From IMG/VR virus record IMGVR_UViG_3300033066_001054: a stretch of 64,000 bases of DNA. One strand, 5' to 3'. The notes beneath the pieces were generated by a model. That model had not been told where the DNA came from. It searched no databases and saw nothing but the letters and a program-made list of their open reading frames with translations. Made by a program: the position numbers and the translations under genes. Shown here one piece after another: positions 41,301 to 49,930 of the stretch; position 1 is the stretch's first letter; every line of letters starts with the position of its first letter. The DNA is from a virus (Duplodnaviria; Caudoviricetes).

Positions 41301-42804
41301 CAGGCGGCCGGGCAAACGAAAGTGCATCTTGTGACATCCAAGCAATGTAAAAATGGCAATTCAGTGATGATATTTCATCTGAATTAGCATCATCAACATC
41401 ACCAATGTCTGCAAGCAGTGTCCTGAATGATGCGTCTCTTTGGTCGACAATGTCATATAGCGCACCTGGTGCCCTAACAACAACAATGCGGCCGAGAGTT
41501 TCATATCCATCAATTTCTGGTGGAAAATACGGACATTCATCCCAGTTCTCTGGCCAAAACTCAGCAGTAACCTCTGGACCGACCGATAGTAACGGCTTGA
41601 CATCTGGTGATTCATAATCGCTCTTCTGTGGTCGACCCATAAGGCGTATACAACAAGCTGCGCCTTTTCTTAGGTCTCGTAAATATCCAGTGAGTGCGCC
41701 CGTGTACCCAACCGGTGTGGCGGCTTCCCAATCTTGCAAAGAATACAAACTAGGCACTGGCGGGTCACTATATTCGCCGTCATAAAACTTGAAATGCGTG
41801 CGATTTTTGGCGCGTAAAAACGAATAGGCTGCATAAATTGAATCAAGTGTCCATCCAAATTGAACACCAACGTCTTTTCTGAAAAAGTTCTTGCGAGTCC
41901 AAATGCGCACATTTGATATAGCGGTAATTGCTGGTAAACCAGGTATTCCGCTTATTGGTTCAAGCGATAGTTCTTCATGTGTGCCCCACAGTACAACTAT
42001 ATGCCAATAGCTGTTATCTACCCATGTGGTTACATTAGCCGGAACCCTAACAGTAATTCCATAAGTTGAACCTGTTTTTGAGACCTCCATGTCAAGCACG
42101 ACAGGCATGTCTCCGTATGATGGAAGTGTTGTCGCATTCCACGATGAACCGGTTTTAGTTTGCACCAATTCATCATATGCATAGACCCTAATGTCTCTTG
42201 GTACATCAGTCTCTGCATCAATCAACATGCAACCATCTAATTTGTCTGCTGAAATTGTAAATGTAACCCAAGATGAAGCCCCAATTGTGCTGCCTGTTTC
42301 ATTTAGCAACGACACCCATCTGCCGTGCTTAAAATACGGTACGTCTTGGTGCGCCGCACCATCCCATCGTTGCGGTCTGGTATATGTAAGTCTGCTGTCG
42401 TAATTGACACCCTCTGTATTGCCGGCCTGTGGTTCTACATCCCACGAACTCCATGCATTGTAATACCAGATACCCCAGCCTTCTGGAGAAGGCGGACCGT
42501 AATATCTTGGGTACCAGGTTGAAATGCCTGGGTCTTCGAACTCGGGTGCGTCATGGTCTTGCTCTTCCAATATGCCATCCATAACTCCGAAACGAACAGG
42601 GTCTTCAGTGTTGTATGCCAATAACCCTGAAGAACCATCTGAGTCATGGAATGTGGTAGCCTGGCGCAGTCGACACAGTGCTGACTCCATGCGCATTAGG
42701 GCGCCTGGGTATTTGTTTGTGTCGCCAAAGTCACCGAGCAGGCTGTTTCTTGCCATACCCAGCGCCTTATAAACTTGCTCGAATGCTACTCGGTCTAAAT
42801 TCAT
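38335..42804 (-). CDS. Large tail/baseplate protein with C-terminal PA14-like carbohydrate-binding domain
   Basis: 1489 aa; WNARFEG..YTL..GARVY..IDTW..YTIVVEHY..LKLFW fits PA14. Confidence 0.65.
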   Translation of the reverse strand: MNLDRVAFEQVYKALGMARNSLLGDFGDTNKYPGALMRMESALCRLRQATTFHDSDGSSGLLAYNTEDPVRFGVMDGILEEQDHDAPEFEDPGISTWYPRYYGPPSPEGWGIWYYNAWSSWDVEPQAGNTEGVNYDSRLTYTRPQRWDGAAHQDVPYFKHGRWVSLLNETGSTIGASSWVTFTISADKLDGCMLIDAETDVPRDIRVYAYDELVQTKTGSSWNATTLPSYGDMPVVLDMEVSKTGSTYGITVRVPANVTTWVDNSYWHIVVLWGTHEELSLEPISGIPGLPAITAISNVRIWTRKNFFRKDVGVQFGWTLDSIYAAYSFLRAKNRTHFKFYDGEYSDPPVPSLYSLQDWEAATPVGYTGALTGYLRDLRKGAACCIRLMGRPQKSDYESPDVKPLLSVGPEVTAEFWPENWDECPYFPPEIDGYETLGRIVVVRAPGALYDIVDQRDASFRTLLADIGDVDDANSDEISSLNCHFYIAWMSQDALSFARPPVEDPDAIERLLFALYLSLLELRLYSIDTPISSLAYGLLPPGAYLPNTILTGLSNLRNENNTSSKAFRAALKTPINSELVPEDGYQSFEFDADERRVVSDIATRPPSTVMARLDSNLLSTTGEVLDVSNTFEVFMDESDQCDAITSDSSADRLTNDYTLRLKLQDFDENQFEKDLYVTASKYYLSDSEYDARIAAGLSTLGYFKKDTLQYMNEFRLHGYAGVIPDLSMRDYRIINTRVVSPDDETLVTEEQFRKNLENQGYSQEQIDDAVRDFLDNGGQFLIIDLRQYDNKFISLDELGVCVSQLASYDSPYWVNNLNGFFDFADSSTPDEPVEPEVARGDSFTIAPSGLDPSLLESYGNQVLASEDPGLDKTSNTGHETAIVLPAFATKIVTSVDSGISGFKLRLRKSSYDGEFTNSPGAGLRASLYSSVDGLPGNLIATGGTVTFDSISDIDFTEKEFFLNHNFAQARVYWFVIEPTEAMPWGFVAVESKTEPVTLTAWHYDAGRDTPDWTPVSGTIWLSGYNGETETITPVFNQEDGYYEEVLCYDKTAIKITVPSDTDRIGVLLSAILQEENPYGTLLNGTGKRVRMRIVTSVADFPSGVEVTTATGPEMRSITDSLVEYKFETEDTLSAGTYWAEFYFDETPRGGWVFVPKDTSDVTNGYVAHRHPDDTWVAHSSDVWLDCYQQTYAVLGAFNRDTPNITEHLPPPNDQRRYTAVNTKSNVYKVDTFWSYTSRQLEEPSELSIYPRAFYNSNTASWEYAPRSRDIFVKVKLWVDGRVVEKDIIHLEPAPGWRAQFWAKTSGDEKDLDITDEPTTDVIVESINYENYEGDDDELGQSWNARFEGNFRPLYDDEVYTLVLEANTGARVYFEDMDTPVIDTWDSPSYVPVSYVIPGPLDQSNTYTIVVEHYRDTTTQKLKLFWYSTTNPIPELISPDTSYAVAPTAVTLGPELADGIAYLAVAKTQEELETYTDGAPPGDVIVIRSS

Positions 42805-43593
42805 TTACCGTCGTTCCCACGAATCAGTGGAGACGTTATCCGGACCATACTCGGCAACTCTAATCAGTTCTGTGGCCGACAATGAAGCAGTTGCCTTGTA
42901 TAGCAGTTGTTGCCCTTCGCCGCCGTCAGATGTCTTGATTTCGCCCATTACCACATTGTATAGAATTCGAACTGGTCTCCGCCATTTACTCTTATACGAG
43001 AGAATTCTTTGGCGTGCTTCATCTGACAGATTTGGTATGACTGGATTGGTCATATCTACCACTGAATCATACATTTCTAAAAAGGCTGTCGCGGCCAGGG
43101 CACTATCCGCCAATGTTGGCGATGTTGATGTGTGTGTGAGGTTCCAGATGTTATCAAAATCGCTCTGTGCAGATGTAACATACGTTGAAAGAATATCGTT
43201 GTGACTATCGGTAAAATGCTTTGGAGACAATGCTGACTTTCCGCAAATTGGGCATATACCAACTACCCACATTCTTCGATGGTTGCGTAGAATGTCATTG
43301 AGCAATCTGGCTGCTTCTTGCGAAAACCTTTCACTCGATTGGCGCGAGGAACCCTGAACATATACCTCTATGTCAATTTTGTGTTGATACTCTTGGGCAC
43401 CATAAACCTCATCTGATGTGGGTGTAGATGTGCCCTTGATAATTACAGCAGGTGTATCTGTACCAACCAGTGTGAACTCGCCCAGATGCCACTTTTTGAT
43501 TACTTGGTCGTAAATAGCCGGCAACGACTGGTTGTTTTTTGGCCATTCGTCAAACAGTATTCCGCGTATAGTTTCGTAGACATCTTCAATCAT
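42805..43593 (-). CDS. Tail-completion/terminator-like protein with inserted CxxC module
   Basis: PAVII..IDIEVYV pattern; CPICGK..H; follows the connector gene. Confidence 0.45.
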   Translation of the reverse strand: MIEDVYETIRGILFDEWPKNNQSLPAIYDQVIKKWHLGEFTLVGTDTPAVIIKGTSTPTSDEVYGAQEYQHKIDIEVYVQGSSRQSSERFSQEAARLLNDILRNHRRMWVVGICPICGKSALSPKHFTDSHNDILSTYVTSAQSDFDNIWNLTHTSTSPTLADSALAATAFLEMYDSVVDMTNPVIPNLSDEARQRILSYKSKWRRPVRILYNVVMGEIKTSDGGEGQQLLYKATASLSATELIRVAEYGPDNVSTDSWERR

Positions 43594-43598
43594 TTATA

Positions 43599-44087
43599 TC
43601 ACTTATTGCCTTGTGATTTACCCTCAACCGCTGGGTTCTTTGGCGCTCCTCTCAGGGTGTTTGAAATGAACCTGCTACTTCTGGTTCGCCTTTGCCCCTC
43701 GAGCACTATCTCACCATTTTGCAACCGCACCATCATGTTTTCTGCCCAGTCTTCTCTGCGCTTTTGAGGCTCACTAGCTTCACGGTCTGCACCTTGAAGT
43801 TTCTGTTCGTAAATCATTTGTGCGGCCATAATGGCACACACTGTTGGTATCGGAGAGGGAAAGTCAACCTCTCCGCCCTGATTAATCTTCTTTAGTGGCA
43901 CGTCATAAACCGCACGTATCAAAGCATTGATGCGTTGAGTTGCCTGCTCAATATAGAACTCGATGTTGTCGACCAAAAGATTCGCTGGTTCTGGGTTGTA
44001 TGGGTCTGGTGTGCTATTAGTACCTTCAACAACAATGTTGTTTGGCAAATACACAATCACGTCTTCAATGTTGCAATATGTTGTCAT
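43599..44087 (-). CDS. Head-tail connector (Mu gp36/DUF1320-like)
   Basis: YCNIEDV..IEQATQRINA.I..YDVPL..LQNGEIVL. Confidence 0.7.
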   Translation of the reverse strand: MTTYCNIEDVIVYLPNNIVVEGTNSTPDPYNPEPANLLVDNIEFYIEQATQRINALIRAVYDVPLKKINQGGEVDFPSPIPTVCAIMAAQMIYEQKLQGADREASEPQKRREDWAENMMVRLQNGEIVLEGQRRTRSSRFISNTLRGAPKNPAVEGKSQGNK

Positions 44088-44839
44088 ATGATTTCTCCTT
44101 TAGCGCCAGTTCCTGGTTGTGCCAATCCTGGTTGTGATTGTGGTACCTGTTCTTCTTGGATTTTTTCTGTTTGTGTCTTGAGGTAATCCGGTTTGAAGTC
44201 TTCTCCAAATCCTTCTGGAATAAGACCATAAGATTCTAGGTCTCTGCGATGAATTAGTGTGTAAACGTTAGTTCTCTCAACGTCATTAGCATTTCTTGAA
44301 GCAGAACTGATGAATTTAGGCAATTGTACGTCGATGTCTTGGTAATGACCAACAGCAGCATTATAGATTTCTACCGCATCTGGCGACGCCGGTGTATTAA
44401 GAACACTATTGACATCCTGGGCCTGGCCTTTGGTCAATTCAGAAATCATTACCCATCCACCAGACTTATGCGCGTGCTGGCACGCTTGTTGCATGTCAAG
44501 ATTGGGTGGCATTGGTTTTTTCATGAGATACACAATCAACCTGGTCTTGTCATTGCAAAGATATTCTTCGCCTGGTACTACCCATATATCCAAATTGTCT
44601 TTCAATGCAATTTGTTGAGCTCTCCACCCAAACTGAGGACCAAGTGGGTGTACTACGCCAACTACATCAAGACCGTTGGCAATACCAGCAGTCAGAAGTG
44701 AGCGCAAGTGTGGGTCGGCAGCCATCACCGATTGAGCATCGAGCTCGACCGGTGCATACAAACGCAAGTCCACGCGCATCATGTGTTTGCGCAAAGACTC
44801 GACTGTTCGTGATTGCGTATACCAACTGTACTTACGCAT
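44084..44839 (-). CDS. Degenerate PHP-domain protein
   Basis: RVDLRLY, GLDVVGV, VVPGEE, H..GG and DAVEIYN; the metal-binding His residues are replaced. Confidence 0.6.
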   Translation of the reverse strand: MRKYSWYTQSRTVESLRKHMMRVDLRLYAPVELDAQSVMAADPHLRSLLTAGIANGLDVVGVVHPLGPQFGWRAQQIALKDNLDIWVVPGEEYLCNDKTRLIVYLMKKPMPPNLDMQQACQHAHKSGGWVMISELTKGQAQDVNSVLNTPASPDAVEIYNAAVGHYQDIDVQLPKFISSASRNANDVERTNVYTLIHRRDLESYGLIPEGFGEDFKPDYLKTQTEKIQEEQVPQSQPGLAQPGTGAKGEII

Positions 44840-44871
44840 ACCATTCTTTTACACAAGAGCGGTAGTCGTAC

Positions 44872-45423
44872 CTATGCGTTTGGAGCGGAGTATGTGGCTC
44901 GTTTTTGGCCACAATGCGGACAGAACTTCTCGGCGTTAAACGAAAATCCGCACTCTGTGCAAAATCTCACTAATGAACGCGATGCGAACGTTCTTTTTGC
45001 CTTGGTTTCAGCTTGGCGGATTATTGGTTCTGGTTCGGGTTCTGGGTCTTCATCTGGGAATTCCCTTGCATACGCATCAATGTCTGTAACACTTGTGTGT
45101 TCATTGTTGAGCATATTGACCAATTGTTCTTTTGGTGGCTCTGGTGTTTCATCAGATGCCGATTGCTCGAGATTTTTGGCGTAGTTTTCGAAAAATCGTT
45201 TTAGAGTGGGTGAATTAACGACGCTTTGATTGTGGACGAACTCTCCAGATGGGCCGATGTGTGGTTGAAATTCTGCATCTGGCGCAATGTCATCGACTTC
45301 AATATGTTCGCCTCTCGCTTGTTCAGATTCATTGAGTACGGTTTGACCGTAAGCGTTGGTTCTCATGGCGATGGCAGCGTTCATGTTGTTTTTTGAGAAC
45401 GAATACCGTGTTTGTTTGTTCAT
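44872..45423 (-). CDS. Hypothetical protein with C-terminal zinc ribbon
   Basis: FCTECG..KFCPHCG. Confidence 0.65.
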   Translation of the reverse strand: MNKQTRYSFSKNNMNAAIAMRTNAYGQTVLNESEQARGEHIEVDDIAPDAEFQPHIGPSGEFVHNQSVVNSPTLKRFFENYAKNLEQSASDETPEPPKEQLVNMLNNEHTSVTDIDAYAREFPDEDPEPEPEPIIRQAETKAKRTFASRSLVRFCTECGFSFNAEKFCPHCGQKRATYSAPNA

Positions 45424-45424
45424 G

Positions 45425-45766
45425 TTAGTCCTTTTGCTTCTTGCTGTCGTGTACAGACCATTTGAATGATTCTACTTTGACACCTAGTGCGTCACCAATT
45501 CCTAGAATGTATTCCATAATGTCTGCCTCTGAAACACCGTGTGGTGCCGCGAATGCTACAGTTGCAGTATGCACTTGCACATTTTGGATAGGGCTGTCTT
45601 TTCTAACGAAGCTCTCAATAGCCGGCACATCTCCGGCTTCATTGAATTCGTCAGATGGCACACCGTCGATTGCCTGGGCAATGCGCATCAACCTTGTGCT
45701 GGTATGAAGATTGCCGTTTGATGCAATTACCTCGGCTAATTTTGTGATATTGTCTGTGTTTCGCAT
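45425..45766 (-). CDS. Hypothetical protein
   Basis: About 113 aa; N-terminal LAEVIASNG..LMRIAQ. Confidence 0.5.
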   Translation of the reverse strand: MRNTDNITKLAEVIASNGNLHTSTRLMRIAQAIDGVPSDEFNEAGDVPAIESFVRKDSPIQNVQVHTATVAFAAPHGVSEADIMEYILGIGDALGVKVESFKWSVHDSKKQKD

Positions 45767-45813
45767 AGTATTGCATTCCACGTCAAATGGTAAATGACCT
45801 CATTGTTGATTTA

Positions 45814-47070
45814 TTAGTCTATGACTGTCTTACCTGCAAATTCTAGTTCATACTTGCGTAATGCGCTCATAAGTTCATGGTCTGAGCTACTGTCCATCAC
45901 GTCGCTGACACTTCGGCCACTCTTAAGACCCTCAAATGCCTGCGGCCAAACGGCGTAGTATTCAGTGTCTTCAACTGGTTTGCCAGCAGCAACAGCGTTT
46001 TCATAACCCTCACTAATAAATCTTGCCAGGTAAAGAACTCGGTTCAAAACATTTCTAAGCGTCGGCGGGGCCGCCATAGCACCAACATATGAATCGGCGA
46101 CTGCGGAAATGCCAGTAACTGTTGCTGTCTCACCAGAGCCACCAGAGCCACCAGAGCCGCCAGAGCCGCCGCCACCTGTGCCAGTGTCCGTTGGGTCTGG
46201 GTCTGTGACAATGGTAAAGCCCTCAACATCTAGCATCCTGAGTTCCCTGAGTGCAGACATTTCATCATCCACAGAGTAGATACGCATGGCTTCTGAATAC
46301 CTTGGGTTTCTGATTTTAAGCCTGTTGAAGTTTTTGTCGACAACAACATATCCTTCATTTTTATGAGCGTCTGGCTGTTCTTCAATCAGTTCATAAACCT
46401 GGGCCAGCGAGCGTACTTTTTTATAGGGAGCAACCTCTCCGTGAAATTTCATGTTGAAGATGTCAATTTCTTTGAGTGTTTTTCTGTTGACGGCTGCGAC
46501 AAGATATAAATGTGATGTCGAATACAATACCACAACCCTGTTGTCTGGTGTGACTAGTTCAAAAACATAGGACACATCTGGATTGAGCTTGCTTGTGAAC
46601 TCTGCCCAGCTTGTGCCGTTGTTCATAAGTGCTTCTTCAACCAGTTGTCTCCATGTAACAGTTCTGCCAGAACCATTTGGACTTCGCACAATTGAGCTGC
46701 CATCGGCACTAAACCTAGTTGAACACCGCCATTGTCCTTTGTAATGATACATACACACTAATGCGCCGTCGATTTTGTGCATTGCTTTAGCACTAGACCA
46801 ATCAAACTGGTCTGCAATTGCCTTATATCCAGATTCACTGGGTTCAAAAAATGCGCCTATTGGTTTGCAAACAACGTCCCATGTATCGAGCTCCAAAATC
46901 AAACCACGGCACTCTCTGACAATCGGAGAAGATTTTGGACTCAGGGGTCTGTAGTTGAACACCACAACTCCCAATTCGTGATTGACGAAGTGTTGTATGT
47001 CGTATCGCTGATACAGATTTTGCAGCGTCTTGCCAGAACGCAAAAACTCAGATGTGTGTGTCGTGGTCAT
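45814..47070 (-). CDS. T4 Rnl1-family RNA ligase with (GGS)n linker and C-terminal extension
   Basis: RECRGLIL, motif I KIDG, STR, FEL..P.NRVV..Y, EGYVV and RLKI. Confidence 0.85.
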   Translation of the reverse strand: MTTTHTSEFLRSGKTLQNLYQRYDIQHFVNHELGVVVFNYRPLSPKSSPIVRECRGLILELDTWDVVCKPIGAFFEPSESGYKAIADQFDWSSAKAMHKIDGALVCMYHYKGQWRCSTRFSADGSSIVRSPNGSGRTVTWRQLVEEALMNNGTSWAEFTSKLNPDVSYVFELVTPDNRVVVLYSTSHLYLVAAVNRKTLKEIDIFNMKFHGEVAPYKKVRSLAQVYELIEEQPDAHKNEGYVVVDKNFNRLKIRNPRYSEAMRIYSVDDEMSALRELRMLDVEGFTIVTDPDPTDTGTGGGGSGGSGGSGGSGETATVTGISAVADSYVGAMAAPPTLRNVLNRVLYLARFISEGYENAVAAGKPVEDTEYYAVWPQAFEGLKSGRSVSDVMDSSSDHELMSALRKYELEFAGKTVID

Positions 47071-47958
47071 CTAATTACTTGTACCGATTTCTACATCAGG
47101 CCATATGTTCAGAAACTCCTTGGTCTCATAACACACCCTGAAGTAGCTAGAGAATTTGTTGAAGAACAAGATATTGCTCCCCTTTATGACGTGGTGAAAA
47201 TACTCAGTTGGTTCACTATTTCTTTCGGCCGCTAGAACTATCGTGCGAATACTGTTGGCTGCGCAATAGTGTGCCAATGAGTTGCTTGTGGTAATCACTC
47301 CGTCTGCCAGCGAAGCCAGGGCCCACAAATGCATTACCGTAGGTGTTTTACCAACCAATCGAGTGGCATTGCTGAGCTTAGACACAACAGAGTCATCCCA
47401 ATGAACGCCACATGTAACATAGTGTTTGGTTTGGTCATGAAGCATCCACCTAAGATACTCACTCCAATGAGGCCAGTGGTGAATGACTTGATTTGTATTG
47501 ATGCTGAATGGTTGCACCAAATAGAATGGTCTTGGTAGATATGATGCCACATCCTCTGCCCACACTTTGCAGTATTCTGGTACGTTTATTCTCGGTGCTA
47601 AAGGTATTTCTGGTGCATCATATCCAGAAAATCCATAGTTGAGATTTGTGTCTGCCACCAGCTCTGGGTCAAATATAGAGTGCGCAAGTGCTTTTTGAAT
47701 ACCCTCTCTGCGCGTGTCTGGGTTTGGACTCCACATCATTGTGTTATTTGCCCTGTAGTTTTCGTAAGAATCGGGCGACACGTAATGCGCTTTGGTAATG
47801 TACTCTTGAGAATTCAAGAAGTCTAAAACAATGGATTCTGGAGACAGGTATCCATAATAGATACACTCTTTATTGGGCATGAGTTGATAGAAATGCCCCA
47901 TAGCACATATGATATCCCCCCACGGGCCTAAACAGATTCCGTACTTGTGCTCATTCAT
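47071..47958 (-). CDS. GT9/heptosyltransferase-like glycosyltransferase
   Basis: GDII, QPFS..W, LVGKT, ADGVITTSNSLAH. Confidence 0.7.
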   Translation of the reverse strand: MNEHKYGICLGPWGDIICAMGHFYQLMPNKECIYYGYLSPESIVLDFLNSQEYITKAHYVSPDSYENYRANNTMMWSPNPDTRREGIQKALAHSIFDPELVADTNLNYGFSGYDAPEIPLAPRINVPEYCKVWAEDVASYLPRPFYLVQPFSINTNQVIHHWPHWSEYLRWMLHDQTKHYVTCGVHWDDSVVSKLSNATRLVGKTPTVMHLWALASLADGVITTSNSLAHYCAANSIRTIVLAAERNSEPTEYFHHVIKGSNILFFNKFSSYFRVCYETKEFLNIWPDVEIGTSN

Positions 47959-49879
47959 TTCTGGTCAATTTGTATAGCGCAATACTTGGATGTGAAAACA
48001 CCAACTTGTCTATCCATCCCTCTCTTCTCATTTTGTCCAAAATTACGCTTACGTCGTTGACCGGATGTTGTATGTCTAGTAACAATAATGAACCACCTGG
48101 TTCTAGGATGCTCTTCGATATGTTCAACAAGTTCATGAGCATCCTTGCATTGGATGATGTGTCGATACATATGATGTCATATAGCTTAGAGTCATCCTGG
48201 CTTTGGTTCACAAGCAGTTCAACATCACCAATTTTGATTCTGCTGCCTGCGATGTTGATAAACCATTCTGGTGGCTGTGATTTGGTAATGATTTCCACAT
48301 GTCCCATACACGATTCGGTAGCACGCATTGCAATCACTGATGTACACATTGACAACGTGTTAATGTCCAGCACACGTGGGTTTTTGTGTTCGGATATTGA
48401 TTCCCAAAGCAGATACCACAACCCTTGATAATCCCAGAATGAGTCTATGCTATGAAACGCCTTAGACGCCGTTGGACGATAGCATGCCCTGAACAATTTC
48501 GCACCAAGTACAGTGGCTTCAGATGTTCCGTTTTGCCCTGTGGTTCCAAATGGCTTTTTGATTCCGTCTCGATAGTTGTGAGTGATATTGCTGTAATGAG
48601 CGCGACCGATTACGCCATTAAAGTGTATGATAGTGGCCTGCTGATTGTCAATGATTGCAGATGGTGCCCCTTGAATAAGCTCAAATGGATGATTCGATAC
48701 AGCTAACTGGCAATTGTAAACACCGCTTAGTTCAGACCACTTGCCTGTTCTGGCAAGGCTTGCGTTCATCACACCCTGCTCGCGCCATTTGACTTTGATG
48801 CTATCTTGGTTGTAAACTTCTTGTTTTTCCCAGTATCCAGAGAATGGCATTAGGTCTCTCATTGCACTCTCGAGTCCCAAAAATGCCTCTCGCCGGCCCG
48901 CCATTACACCACCATTAAACACAGGACAATGTTGTGACATTTGAGGCGTGACCTTAAGATTGGCAAGGTCTCCTGACTTTCCAAAATATGGATGAGCATA
49001 AGTGTCAATTCCCGTTAGCAATGTGCTTTGTGACTGCCCTTCTTGTTCTTTACATATTAGAATGTGGCTGGGCGGTACCACACCAATCGAAGAAAGCAAG
49101 GGATTAAGGCTATTAGTGACAATCATGTCAACGTCCAGAACAATATAGTTGTTTGCGCGAATCATTCTGGCAACCGAATACGCAATTGACTTGATGATAT
49201 ACGTATCTTTTGGAATTCGAGTGATGTACTTAACTATCGCGTTGAATTTTGAAGCAAGGTGTTGGCACGCTGTATTATCACTGTCTGTGATAATCAAAAC
49301 CGAGGCGTCTCTGCAACAACCGTTGTCCCATAGCGAACCCAGCATGGCCTCTGCCATTGTCTCGTATCCGTCTGTGACGATAATTGCAATGCAAGTGTCA
49401 CAGTATTCTATAGATGAACCTATTGGCACGTCTATCTCGCCAAGAACGCCAGTAAAGAATGGTTTTTCTTGCCTGGTTACCAAAGGGTCAATCCACAAAG
49501 TGTGACAACCTGGCCAGTGCAGGGTATTGATGACCAAGTGTACTTTTTTAGCACCGTACAATTCGCCTTCAAGTAGTCTGGGTGCCTCGCCTGCCCTTAC
49601 TGCGTGAGTTGCTGCTATAAGCTCGTCATCTGCATAAACGAGAAAATCAGCAGTTGCGCCGGGTTCTGCCGTATCGTTCAGGGCAACATATGTAGAAAAG
49701 CCTTGCATTCCTTGAGGCAATGCAAACGTTAATTTGCTTGGTGCATGCGCACCGATGGCATTTGGGTAATGGCGATTGGCTACACTGGCGTACAAATCAG
49801 CGAATCCAATTTTGCCGCCAAGTCCTATCTCCCCATACCCAAGTGTGGCAAATTCTACATTGTGAGACGACAATCTCAT
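47951..49879 (-). CDS. NPCBM/NEW2 + GT8-like + methyltransferase-like fusion
   Basis: IGAHAPS..F..YVALND..F.V..D (NPCBM); VLDVD, FNGGV, EQG..N, YN and IIHFNG (GT8); YDIICID..LEPGG. Confidence 0.7.
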   Translation of the reverse strand: MRLSSHNVEFATLGYGEIGLGGKIGFADLYASVANRHYPNAIGAHAPSKLTFALPQGMQGFSTYVALNDTAEPGATADFLVYADDELIAATHAVRAGEAPRLLEGELYGAKKVHLVINTLHWPGCHTLWIDPLVTRQEKPFFTGVLGEIDVPIGSSIEYCDTCIAIIVTDGYETMAEAMLGSLWDNGCCRDASVLIITDSDNTACQHLASKFNAIVKYITRIPKDTYIIKSIAYSVARMIRANNYIVLDVDMIVTNSLNPLLSSIGVVPPSHILICKEQEGQSQSTLLTGIDTYAHPYFGKSGDLANLKVTPQMSQHCPVFNGGVMAGRREAFLGLESAMRDLMPFSGYWEKQEVYNQDSIKVKWREQGVMNASLARTGKWSELSGVYNCQLAVSNHPFELIQGAPSAIIDNQQATIIHFNGVIGRAHYSNITHNYRDGIKKPFGTTGQNGTSEATVLGAKLFRACYRPTASKAFHSIDSFWDYQGLWYLLWESISEHKNPRVLDINTLSMCTSVIAMRATESCMGHVEIITKSQPPEWFINIAGSRIKIGDVELLVNQSQDDSKLYDIICIDTSSNARMLMNLLNISKSILEPGGSLLLLDIQHPVNDVSVILDKMRREGWIDKLVFSHPSIALYKLTRNE

Positions 49880-49892
49880 ATGATGGCTTTAT

Positions 49893-49924
49893 ACAAGTAC
49901 GCGCCTTTTCAGGCGCGTACTTGT
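49893..49924 (-). terminator. Hairpin downstream of Ro60
   Basis: ACAAGTACGCGCCT-TTTC-AGGCGCGTACTTGT. Confidence 0.6.
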
Positions 49925-49930
49925 GATTGG

